A stretch of 64,000 nt of DNA from Thermoplasmata archaeon (GTDB lineage: Archaea > Thermoplasmatota > Thermoplasmata > Lutacidiplasmatales > UBA184). Under the pieces are notes generated by a model. That model searched no databases and was not told the origin of the DNA. It saw only the letters and a list, made by a program, of their open reading frames with translations. This document shows, one piece after another, positions 10,601 to 17,456 of this stretch. The translations under genes and the position numbers were made by a program. The stretch covers positions 55,300 to 119,299 of the forward strand of contig JAKIWL010000003.1 in NCBI GenBank assembly GCA_022750055.1, read 5' to 3'. Each line of letters starts with the position of its first letter. The first letter of the stretch is position 1.

Positions 10601-12141
10601 GGGCCCGTCAGGAAGGGATCCCGACGGCCGCCGCCGAGCACCTGCTCGCCAAGGCCCGCGAGGCGCTGCAGGAGGGTCGACCGATGGACGCCCTCCAGCT
10701 CGCGGCCCAGAGCGAAGGGGAGATCGAACGGGTGGGACTCCAGACCCGGGTCGCCCGCGGGGCCCTCGAAGCGCTCGACGCCATGCGGGCGCGGCTCGAC
10801 GCGGAAGGGATCCGGTTCCCCCAAGGGCCGTCGATCACGGCGGAGGCTCGATCGTCGTTCGACCGTCGGGAGTACGCCCGGGTGCTCGAGCTCTCGTTGG
10901 AGGCGAGCGAGTTGCTCACGCAGACCCGGGAGCTCTATCGAAAGGCGCACGACGCCCTCACCGTAGCGAGCGGCACGGTCCAGGAGGCGCTCACGATGGG
11001 TGCGGAACCCGCGGAGGTCAACGCGATGCTCGGCCGGGCTCGGGAGCTGTCGGAGGCCGGCGATTACTCCGGGGCCGCCGCCCGGGCTCGCGAAGCGATC
11101 GATCTTTCCTCCTGGGCGATCGAACGCCGTTACTCCGGCACCATCACCGAGGTGCGCGGCCTGCTTCAAGCGACGCGCTCCGAGGGGTCTCCCGAGGCCG
11201 AGGGCGTGGCGAACCTGTTGAAGGAAACGGAGGCGTTCCTGCAGGCCAAGCAGTGGGCGAAGGCGGGGGAGCGGTTGGCGCGAGCCCAGGCAAAGGCGTT
11301 CCAGGTGCTCGACCGAGTGGTCGCCAGCCGAATCGACCGGATCGGCCAGCGGGACGCGCATCTCGAACCCGCGGGCCCGGCGGAGACGGAACGGCGCCGG
11401 GCGTGGCGGGCCGAGGTCGACGAGGCCCGGGCCCGAGGGGCCGTTCCGGAGGTCATGGCCTCGATCGACCAGGAGGAAGAGCGCGCTCAGGACTCTCTGA
11501 GGGCCGGCCTGGAACGCCGAGTCTCTGAGCTCAAGGACCGCCTCTGGGTCGGGGAACGCCTGGGCCTCGACGCGACCCCCGCGATGGAACACTTCAGCGA
11601 GGCTCGAATGGCCCTCGACCAGGGCCGGTTCGACGTCGTGGATCGCGAGGTGGTCCAGGGAAACTCGGCCCTCGAGGGGCTGATCCGAGAGGGGATCTCG
11701 CGCCGCGCGAAGCAGATCGAGACGGAGCTACTGTACGCTCGGGACGGTCTGAGGGTGCGCATCGGGGACATGGACCAACGGCTCTCGTCCGTCGACCTCA
11801 TCGCTCGCGAGGGACGCCTCGTCGAGGCCGGGCGGACCCTGCTCGCGGTCGAGGAGGACCTCAACCAGCGAAAATCGCTCCATCGTCAGCTGATGAACCT
11901 CCACTACCTGATCGAGGCGGCTCTTCGACGCGCCTCGGAGGCACGCCTAGACGCCGGGGACGCCCGACGCCTGTTCGAGGCGTCGGTCCGAGAGTCGGCA
12001 ACGAGCTACGCCGAAGCGATCGTCAAGGCCCGCGCGTCCTTGAAGCTCGTCGACGGCCTGCTCAAGGCCTCCGAGCCGCCGACCGCATTCTGGCCGTTCA
12101 AGCGACCGGCCCCGGACCCTGCGGAGCGTCGCGGTCAGTAG
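7654..12141 (+). CDS. giant (1495 aa) Ala/Glu/Arg/Leu-rich alpha-helical repeat protein of unknown function
   Basis: A 4.5-kb uninterrupted ORF with a hand-sampled GC3 of 17/20 at 9001-9060. There is no P-loop or other catalytic motif. Units of roughly 70-100 aa recur (e.g. AREALQEGRPMDALQLAAQSEGE…, ARMALDQGRFDVVDREVVQGNSALEGL…, ARELSEAGDYSGAAARAREAIDLSSW…). Coiled-coil or spectrin-like character is predicted from composition only. Confidence 0.65.
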   Translation: MTGSGGMGTMPSSRLTRLLQEKAEALRKRRQIAEAATEQSEGRLRLLAEVGVELPETAARQERIRDWQRKSDWEASDVEAQSLTQYIDATAPEAVSVRRHELLDRVESLRAAGSAVPPELDELLSEVRELTFRTDLLTEITTLARFATLVRGVQEGLANGARRQVMAVARWVGVPADEAAEIDRRISEILPAPDAGPSADWVDRLQAAIPELIPAAVARRERSRAEAEAVVTLGRDIGLAVVELEEALAADARAAPSQWGETVPSVEQATSRVRSELRGRVSQVLGYLTTTLDSLPEHGADPGDAVAEIARIQAQVETAGVMELGPLLQRARETAEEPIVSVVAGLLDEVRPKLVEARELGRDPSEVFASMNRAREALRLKIYGEALAASVEAIDRVSQLTSDLDAAREEAEALGRLLGRLETLKVSVVPFRAALAEVTAQLDHFTIDRARATLRDTVRALGRETARYFGAEIQRLTAAADTARQRGFLPEGVPDDLEKAQHHIDAGALPEAGEAIAQVDVRLRTAAGPYISRRVEEMRRGFEEIRDPDLSISTLRSLADSDIALRVKEDLTQSLESLRQAEREFSAAFAVESSSLLEALEERQRVLEEMGGAGSEFLRQTDEIQQIFDMGDFVKCALAAREFLTSTEEVQKSRAEEGISHAKLDLVEIDQFGLAKAELTKQFESAQQDLAAGRLVEAYRGGLSVHSGAEKVLGGARPAAALLTQSKERLLQIEQSGTDTGGFQDEVTAAEAAFRSLDFEGVRAHLGRLQERLDRAAQAEEVRRILGESDQLAADATRLGIAVEGIEAKLTEARGSLGAAGGLEARALAYEAHQALVQTLRPVLEENLKSVEQDFEIARRLGVDMGPLSGLLSDARGRLFLPVPLGAADLIENARGQLSQTRGLVEHAERSAKRVEEAFGQAELLRLATPAMRTRVETLEHQLSERQFARTVETAGPLEQEILQTTTLHLTRTIAGLQGLVVRARQEGIPTAAAEHLLAKAREALQEGRPMDALQLAAQSEGEIERVGLQTRVARGALEALDAMRARLDAEGIRFPQGPSITAEARSSFDRREYARVLELSLEASELLTQTRELYRKAHDALTVASGTVQEALTMGAEPAEVNAMLGRARELSEAGDYSGAAARAREAIDLSSWAIERRYSGTITEVRGLLQATRSEGSPEAEGVANLLKETEAFLQAKQWAKAGERLARAQAKAFQVLDRVVASRIDRIGQRDAHLEPAGPAETERRRAWRAEVDEARARGAVPEVMASIDQEEERAQDSLRAGLERRVSELKDRLWVGERLGLDATPAMEHFSEARMALDQGRFDVVDREVVQGNSALEGLIREGISRRAKQIETELLYARDGLRVRIGDMDQRLSSVDLIAREGRLVEAGRTLLAVEEDLNQRKSLHRQLMNLHYLIEAALRRASEARLDAGDARRLFEASVRESATSYAEAIVKARASLKLVDGLLKASEPPTAFWPFKRPAPDPAERRGQ

Positions 12142-12590
12142 CTCGCCGTGGGACCGGTCGGCGTCGTCGCCGCGACCCCCACCGGAACGGGTGGGGTTCC
12201 CCGAGGCGTTCCGAGGGGAAGCCGGTCGTACTCGACGGAGTGCCGGACCCCTCGGCGGCGGAGCAGCGTGGAGACCTCCTCCGTCAGTTGCACCACCTCC
12301 TGGCATCGCGCGGGCTTGGAGAAGTAGAACTCCGGATGCCTCAGGTCGCACAGCGGAAACACCAGGCGCATCCCAAAGGCGTCGGCGCGATTGTACCCGC
12401 AGGGCTTTCGATTCGCGCGCAGGTCTCGCAAGTTCTCCTCGAGGAGGACCTCGGGCACCATCGGTTCGGCCTCCCTCGCGAACGGCCGGTTCGCTTCCAC
12501 CACCTTCCGGTGGATGTCGGCGTAGACCTTCAGAAGGTCGCCGTAATGGCCGCGTGAGTCGAGGATGATGTGCCCGCTTCGGGCCTTGAC
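12135..12590 (-). CDS. hypothetical protein (conserved-looking C-terminal ~150 aa; start uncertain)
   Basis: Track ORF 12135..12905 has a strongly GC3-biased frame at 12301-12360 (16/19). The frame is at background at 12701-12760 and its 5' end overlaps the tRNA-Glu gene, so only the distal part is considered coding (…GHIILDSRGHYGDLLKVYADIHRKVV…RHPEFYFSKPARCQEVVQLTEEV…). No family recognised. Confidence 0.4.
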   Translation of the reverse strand, partial: VKARSGHIILDSRGHYGDLLKVYADIHRKVVEANRPFAREAEPMVPEVLLEENLRDLRANRKPCGYNRADAFGMRLVFPLCDLRHPEFYFSKPARCQEVVQLTEEVSTLLRRRGVRHSVEYDRLPLGTPRGTPPVPVGVAATTPTGPTASY

Positions 12591-12847
12591 CGGGGGAGTC
12601 ACTTGCGGTGGCACCGACGCCTCGCTATTTCTGGTTGGCGGTTCTGGCAAACCCCCCGTCTCGACGGTTCGATGCGTGGGCCGAATGCCCCTCGGGATGG
12701 GCGCTTCGGCTGGGTGGGAGCCTCGTGGCGCGAACACGACTCTCCGGCCTCCCAGAGAGTTCCTTCCCAGCCGACCGAACCCCTGCCGACGGGCGCGGCC
12801 GGTGAGGCGCAACTCTTTCAATACCAAGCCGAATGGGCGCGCCCGGC

Positions 12848-12950
12848 GCTCCCGTAGTCTAGTGGTCAAGGATAGAGGCCTCTCGAGCCTCTGACGCGGG
12901 TTCAAAACCGCCGGGCGTTCGGCCTGGTGGGGAAACTCCCGCCGGGAGCA
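12848..12950 (+). tRNA. tRNA-Glu (anticodon CUC) with a ~30-nt non-canonical intron in the 3' strand of the T-arm (approx. 12910..12939)
   Basis: Acceptor GCTCCCG pairs with CGGGAGC (12943-12949), discriminator A. D-arm is GTCT/AGTGGTCAA/GGAT. Anticodon stem GAGGC/GCCTC with loop CTCTCGA gives CUC. T-stem GCGGG with loop TTCAAAA pairs with CC…CGC = CCCGC only after removal of GCCGGGCGTTCGGCCTGGTGGGGAAACTCC. The intron-less alternative (12841..12917) has a perfect acceptor but three T-stem mismatches and a poor D-arm. Confidence 0.55.
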
Positions 12951-12953
12951 CCC

Positions 12954-13880
12954 CTACTGACCCGGAGCCCATTCGGATTGTGAGTCGGTGCGGGGCGGCG
13001 CTCCCGACGAGGCAAGGGGCGCGGCACCCGGACCGAGTCGGGAGCGGTCAACGGCGAGCCACCTCCAGCCCTCCTGGGTCTCGACGGTGGCGACGACGAT
13101 GTTCCTCCGCGCGAGCTCGGATCGTAACCCAAGGAGCGAGGCGACCACCTTCCTCGGATCGTCACCGGTTCGGCTGGAGAGTTCCGACGTGGTACCCAGC
13201 CAGACCCCGTCCCGGAGGAGCGAGCGGAGGGCCTCTACGTAGTGGGGCAGGCCCCCCGCGGGCGCTTCCGACATCCGACCACCCGATACCGAGACGGGGG
13301 CGATGGTTCGTTCGAGGTCCGGAAGGACCGAGGGACTGACCACCTCGTTCCACGCGGAGGGGGCCTTCGAAGTGGGAGGCCGAGTTGCCGTCCGGTGCCG
13401 TACGTCGTCGATCTCATGGAGGATCGAGTCCAGCTCCTGGACCATATCGAAGGACGGACCTCCTCGCGGTTCGGTCGGAGCCGCGTCGGTGGGGATGAGG
13501 GTTCGCGGCGCAGGGGGGTCGACTTCGCCGATGTCCGTGGCGGGGACGTGGATGTCAGGGTCGGAGGCACGCGCCTGGGCGATCCGAGTCAACTCGGTCA
13601 TCTCTTGTTCCGGAACGGGCCGGAGGCTCCGGCGCATCCGAAATCGGTCGATCGCCTCCCGGAGTCCCACGCTCGGCACCTGGAAGGTCCGACGATTCTC
13701 CCCGTCCCTCAAGGCGACGAGCGGATTGCCGTCCGCGTCACGCAACAACCTTAGACCTGCGTACAGGACGAGGTCGCGGTATAGCTCGTGGGCCGGAGGT
13801 CCCCCCATCGCCCCGATTGGGGGGATCCACTCTCGCAGGGCCGCCCGCGATAGCTCTCGGATCTTGATCTCTTGCAACAT
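12954..13880 (-). CDS. hypothetical protein with a C-terminal winged-helix-like domain and a Pro-rich central linker
   Basis: 308-aa ORF. The N-terminal ~90 aa form a globular segment (MLQEIKIRELSRAALREW…). The central region is Pro/Thr-rich. The C-terminus …SLLRDGVWLGTTSELSSRTGDDPRKVVASLLGLRSELARRNIVVATVETQEGWRWLAVD is wHTH-like. It ends 4 nt from the tRNA-Glu 3' end. Confidence 0.45.
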   Translation of the reverse strand: MLQEIKIRELSRAALREWIPPIGAMGGPPAHELYRDLVLYAGLRLLRDADGNPLVALRDGENRRTFQVPSVGLREAIDRFRMRRSLRPVPEQEMTELTRIAQARASDPDIHVPATDIGEVDPPAPRTLIPTDAAPTEPRGGPSFDMVQELDSILHEIDDVRHRTATRPPTSKAPSAWNEVVSPSVLPDLERTIAPVSVSGGRMSEAPAGGLPHYVEALRSLLRDGVWLGTTSELSSRTGDDPRKVVASLLGLRSELARRNIVVATVETQEGWRWLAVDRSRLGPGAAPLASSGAPPRTDSQSEWAPGQ

Positions 13881-14394
13881 GAGGCTACGAACCCATCCCT
13901 AGTTCCTAGCCACGGAACTGGCTGGCCGGATGCGACGAGACCACAGGGAATCGTTCGATTCCCAGCTTTAGCCCTTATCGTGGGAGTGGAAAACTTTGGG
14001 CGGACCGAAACCGGGGCTCGACCGAGCCTCGCCAGGGCGCGGCGAATGCCAGCGGCGAGGTGGCCCGCGTGGCTGGGCTCGAGCGCGAGGGTTCGGCTCG
14101 GCCCGGGTTTACCCGGGAGGACGGACCTCGCTCGCAGACAACTCGCCCCAAAGACGGGTCGACGGGCGAGACCCAGGCCGCAGCTGGGCGGGGCTCCCGT
14201 GGGCGCCGAGGTCCTTCGCCCGGAATGGACCGACATTCCATGACCGGCTCCCTCCTGTCCCACCGGGCGCGGGAGTACGTTCGTCGACCCAGCACCGTAT
14301 CATTGTGGGGAGGACCCGCCCCGTAAGGAAGGCTGACGGGGTGACCGATTGGGCTCCCGGGATCGCCTAGCGGAATGCCGACGCGGAATCTGTA
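13881..14394. other. ~510-nt apparently non-coding, hairpin-dense GC-rich region; candidate structured ncRNA or decayed gene remnant
   Basis: No frame shows elevated GC3 (13872 frame 14/20, at background). Many perfect local hairpins are visible, e.g. CTAGTTCC…GGAACTGG, GGCTCG-ACC-GAGCC, CCCGGG-TTTA-CCCGGG, CCCAG-GCCGCAG-CTGGG, GGAATG-GACCGA-CATTCC, CCCCG-TAAGGAAGGCTGA-CGGGG. Flanking ORFs translate to R/P/S-rich nonsense. Confidence 0.2.
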
Positions 14395-14856
14395 GTGGCG
14401 GACATCGCGGGATGCCCTCACCTGCTCCTCAACGTAGCCTTCCCCCCATTCGTCGGCTGGTACGGGAGGGCGCACACCAAGTCCCGCGCGGAGAAGATGA
14501 CCACCTTCGATGAGTTTGTCTTCGTGACCCCCGAATTCAACCATTCCGTGCCAACGGCCGTCATGAACGCGCGCCGTTACCCCCAGACCGGATGGAAAGG
14601 CAAGGCGGCCGGGTTCGTGGGCTACCGGAGCGCGGGCGTGGTGCTCGCCGTCGAGCACGTACGGGGAATCGCCGGCGAGCTTCGGATGGCCGATGCCCAG
14701 GCTGAGGCCATTTCGTCCCTGGCCACGGACTTCGGGAACGATGCGAGACTCTGGCCGGACCCGCAGAAGGAGACGGCGGTCGAACGGATGTTGAACCAAG
14801 GAGCGTGTTGGAGCAACGCCCTAGCGGCGGTCCGAGCGCACACGCCCTCCCCGTAG
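14395..14856 (+). CDS. NADPH-dependent FMN reductase family (PF03358-like) protein lacking the N-terminal phosphate-binding beta-alpha-beta unit; possible truncated gene or pseudogene
   Basis: Matches the family from DEFVFVTPEFNHSVPTAVMNARRYP…WKGKAAGFVGYRSAGV…EHVRGIAGELRMA. It starts at GTG 14395 with an in-frame TAG 27 nt upstream. The expected N-terminal (K)I(A/L)xIxGSxRxxSxN strand is absent. A weak ALIVGVENFGRT fragment occurs ~400 nt upstream in another frame. Confidence 0.5.
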   Translation: MADIAGCPHLLLNVAFPPFVGWYGRAHTKSRAEKMTTFDEFVFVTPEFNHSVPTAVMNARRYPQTGWKGKAAGFVGYRSAGVVLAVEHVRGIAGELRMADAQAEAISSLATDFGNDARLWPDPQKETAVERMLNQGACWSNALAAVRAHTPSP

Positions 14857-14921
14857 CCCCCGAACGACCGGGCGACTCCTGCAGCTAGACTCCAGGGGTG
14901 TCCCGGGTCAGCCCTTTCGCC

Positions 14922-15311
14922 CTAGGCCTTGGGCCACTGGTACAGGCCGACGACGTTCCCTTCGCTGTCCTTGAAGTATCCGGTCCAACCCATGCTGCCG
15001 TCACCGATCGGTTTCTTCCGCGCAAGGATCTTGCCGCCGTGTTTTTCGATGACCTTCTCCGCGTCGTCTATCTCGTCGACCATCACCGTCAACACCGGAT
15101 GTGAGAGATGGCCGCCCCGCTTGCCAATCCCACCTCCGACGACCCCCGGTTCCTTGGGCATCCCTTGATCGTCGACGGCTCCGGTACTGACCATCGTATA
15201 GTCCATACCCGGGACTTCGGTCATCTTCCAGCCGAAGGCCGCCGCGTAGAACTTGCGGGCTCGAGCCGTATCGTCCGCGGGTATCTCAAAATGGCCCACT
15301 TCTCCGCCCAT
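14922..15311 (-). CDS. glyoxalase / bleomycin-resistance (VOC) family protein
   Basis: HFEIPADDTARARKFYAAAFGWKMTEV…GYFKDSEGNVVGLYQ is the classic VOC fold signature. 129 aa. Confidence 0.8.
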   Translation of the reverse strand: MGGEVGHFEIPADDTARARKFYAAAFGWKMTEVPGMDYTMVSTGAVDDQGMPKEPGVVGGGIGKRGGHLSHPVLTVMVDEIDDAEKVIEKHGGKILARKKPIGDGSMGWTGYFKDSEGNVVGLYQWPKA

Positions 15312-15656
15312 GAATCTTCGTCATGCCGAAGGACCCGCAACTATTACTCCTTTGCACGGGCCACGGGTTAGGGCGGGCACACGAGGTTCGATCTTGGGGC
15401 CGAACGAGACCGAGCCTGGGGAACCGGCCTCGGCCACTCGAAACGGCACGCACGTACGGAGGATGGGGCGGGGGCCGTCCCGGTGACGGATACCGAGCGG
15501 GCCCTCATGCGATTTCGTTCCGCCCAAATCCGGTTAGACTTTCCCTGCGCTGGCCATCCGAGGCTCAACCCGAGATTCGAGTCGGACTCCCTATCGTCCG
15601 ACCTCCTCCCCCACCGGGTTTTCCCGTCCTCCACGGGGGCACCCTGTGCCGGCGGT

Positions 15657-16058
15657 TCAGAACGGAGCGCCACAGCTCGGGCATCGAAGCGTACCTTGGT
15701 CAGCGAGCGCACCGCAGTACGGGCAGCGGAGTCTCGGAGCGGTCGGAGGGCCGGCCCAGGGCGCGCCAACGCCGGTCACGATCGGAGGGGGCACCGCCGT
15801 ATTCCATGGGGCGGTCACGTAGGTGGTTCGGGCGGCGCGCGCGACGGTGAGGAGCCCGACCAGCAGGAACAGCACGCCGAACACGACCACGAACAACACA
15901 GCGCCGCACCCCGACGGGTACGCAGTCTGGCCCGACGAACCCGACGTTGGCGCTCCGCCCACCGCCGTGCACGACACGTAGAGCGAGGTTCCGAAGGCCG
16001 CGATGCCGAGACCCACGATCACGAGAACGACCCCGCCAACGACCCCGCCCGCGTTCAC
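15657..16058 (-). CDS. small membrane protein with two predicted TM helices and a C-terminal zinc ribbon (CPYCG…CPSCG)
   Basis: Hydrophobic stretches VVLVIVGLGIAAFGT and VLFVVVFGVLFLLVGLL, and a C-terminal RCPYCGALADQGTLRCPSCGAPF. No homolog recognised. Confidence 0.4.
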   Translation of the reverse strand: MNAGGVVGGVVLVIVGLGIAAFGTSLYVSCTAVGGAPTSGSSGQTAYPSGCGAVLFVVVFGVLFLLVGLLTVARAARTTYVTAPWNTAVPPPIVTGVGAPWAGPPTAPRLRCPYCGALADQGTLRCPSCGAPF

Positions 16059-16091
16059 GATTCCCTTGACCCCCCGCGGCGCCTCCCCCGG

Positions 16092-16976
16092 TTACGCCGG
16101 AGTCAGCGCCAGCTCCACTTCGACGTTCAACCCGAACTCGACGTCGAGGACGGCTTTCGTCGACCAGAACGTTACGAAAAGCTGCCCTTGCCAGGGCCCG
16201 GTCATGGCATCGTTGTTCGGCACGGGGATCTGAAAGGAACCCGAATACGAGGAGGCCGTACCGTCGAGTGGACTCTCGACCACCAACGTCGGCGTCCGAA
16301 AGATGCGGGCCACCCCGCGAGCGTGATACTGGATGACCCGGGTCAGCGCGTACTGAATGTACCTTAATTTCTTCCCGCCCGGATTCTGGACTTCAAAGAA
16401 CGCCTGTAAGGTCCCCCCAGGTAGAAGCGGACTCGGATCCGAAACGCCGACCGAAAGAGCCGGATGCCCCGGATTCGAAGCGCTCTGCATCGTCGGGACG
16501 ATCCCAAGGACTCGACGCGGACTGAAGACGGGAATGATCGCGCGGGCCACCAGGTCCGCCCACAACGGGACCTGGAGCCGAGCTTCGACCGTGTACTCGA
16601 CGAACATGCCGTCCGGGCGAGCATTGAACACCCCTCCACCCGGAGCATATTCGCTCGTGTGGATGGACGGAGTTGCTGTCGGGGGTAACGCGAACTGGAA
16701 GGGCGCCCGATAGACCCCGGGCGCGAGGTGATCGGGATCGACGAACGTAACGTCCTGGTGGATGTCGCACTCTTGTTGGAGGAACACCCTTTCTTCCACG
16801 ACCTTCTCACTCGACTTGCCCGCCTGAACGGTGGCCTGGGCGATCTCCTTCCCTTCGAGGTGGACGGTGAGATTGCGTCCTCTCGCCGGCTTGTCCGCCT
16901 CGACGACGACGGTACCCGCGATGGCCCCCCCGGGCCAGCTGTAGGGAGGCAACCCTTCGAATCCGATGGTGGCCAT
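16092..16976 (-). CDS. arrestin-like / Spo0M-family protein
   Basis: MATIGFEGLPPYSWPGGAIAGTVVVEADKPARGRNLTVHLEGKEIAQA matches the Spo0M/arrestin-N start pattern (…YxPGExIxGxVxV…RxLxVxLxGxE). Start set at the internal ATG 16976 of track ORF 16092..17117. Confidence 0.55.
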   Translation of the reverse strand: MATIGFEGLPPYSWPGGAIAGTVVVEADKPARGRNLTVHLEGKEIAQATVQAGKSSEKVVEERVFLQQECDIHQDVTFVDPDHLAPGVYRAPFQFALPPTATPSIHTSEYAPGGGVFNARPDGMFVEYTVEARLQVPLWADLVARAIIPVFSPRRVLGIVPTMQSASNPGHPALSVGVSDPSPLLPGGTLQAFFEVQNPGGKKLRYIQYALTRVIQYHARGVARIFRTPTLVVESPLDGTASSYSGSFQIPVPNNDAMTGPWQGQLFVTFWSTKAVLDVEFGLNVEVELALTPA

Positions 16977-17276
16977 TCGACGCTCCAGTCCAGAGAGGAA
17001 CATCAATCCACCTCCCACCCGCGGCGCTCGGGGCTCATCCTGAGATCCAAGTGCGGGGATCCTGAACGGGCCGACGCTAGAAGTCTCCCCGTTCCCGGAC
17101 CCCTCCTGTACCGACAAAATGGGAGAGCGCTGCCGAGCTCGGCCCGTGCGACAAATTCGAACTCGCGGCGAGGTCCGTCGTCGAATCCAACGACCGCCCG
17201 AACGGACCTAGTCATCCGCGACGCAGCGGCCCCCGCCGGATGGCTCCTAGGATCGCCTCGGCGATCCCGGGCTCCT

Positions 17277-17291
17277 CGATGTTTAACACGG
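17277..17291 (+). repeat. 15-mer CGATGTTTAACACGG, copy 1 (identical to 18811..18825)
   Basis: Exact 15-nt AT-rich repeat in a 68% GC background. It lies in the 337-nt intergenic region between the arrestin-like gene and the M29 aminopeptidase gene. Confidence 0.5.
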
Positions 17292-17456
17292 GGGGCAAGG
17301 CGTCTCCCAATCCACTTTCTCCAGACCACCGCAGCATTGACCTCCCGCGGCGACCGTTCCATCTCTCCTCTCCATGCCACTTGAACTGCGCGAGCTGAAC
17401 GTGTCGCTGAGGAGTGATTTCGGTTCAAATAGTGGCCCTGCCTCGGCCCTCTCGCC

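Noticed and set aside
10195-11592. 465-aa minus-strand ORF (and many others) inside the giant helical-protein gene
   Set aside because: The plus frame has 17/20 GC3 at sampled codons and runs uninterrupted for 4.5 kb. The antisense translations are low-complexity.
12591-12905. 5' third of track ORF 12135..12905
   Set aside because: It overlaps the tRNA-Glu gene. GC3 is at background (13/20). The translation is R/P/G-rich low complexity. Only the distal part of the ORF was kept as CDS.
12841-12917. Intron-less tRNA-Glu model using acceptor GCCCGGC/GCCGGGC
   Set aside because: The acceptor is perfect but the T-stem has three mismatches and the D-arm has unusual positions 8-9. The intron-containing model 12848..12950 gives perfect acceptor and T stems and matches the D-arm design of the second tRNA.
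13881-14394. Assignment of the structured region as RNase P RNA or SRP RNA
   Set aside because: Compared from memory with CR-I/P4 (GGAAAGUCCGGGCUC), CR-IV/V and SRP helix-8 (CCGGAAGGNAGCA) motifs. Only partial, order-inconsistent resemblances were found, so only a generic candidate ncRNA is reported.
15323-15850. 175-aa plus-strand ORF
   Set aside because: It overlaps the minus-strand membrane/zinc-ribbon gene and the glyoxalase promoter region. The translation is low-complexity.
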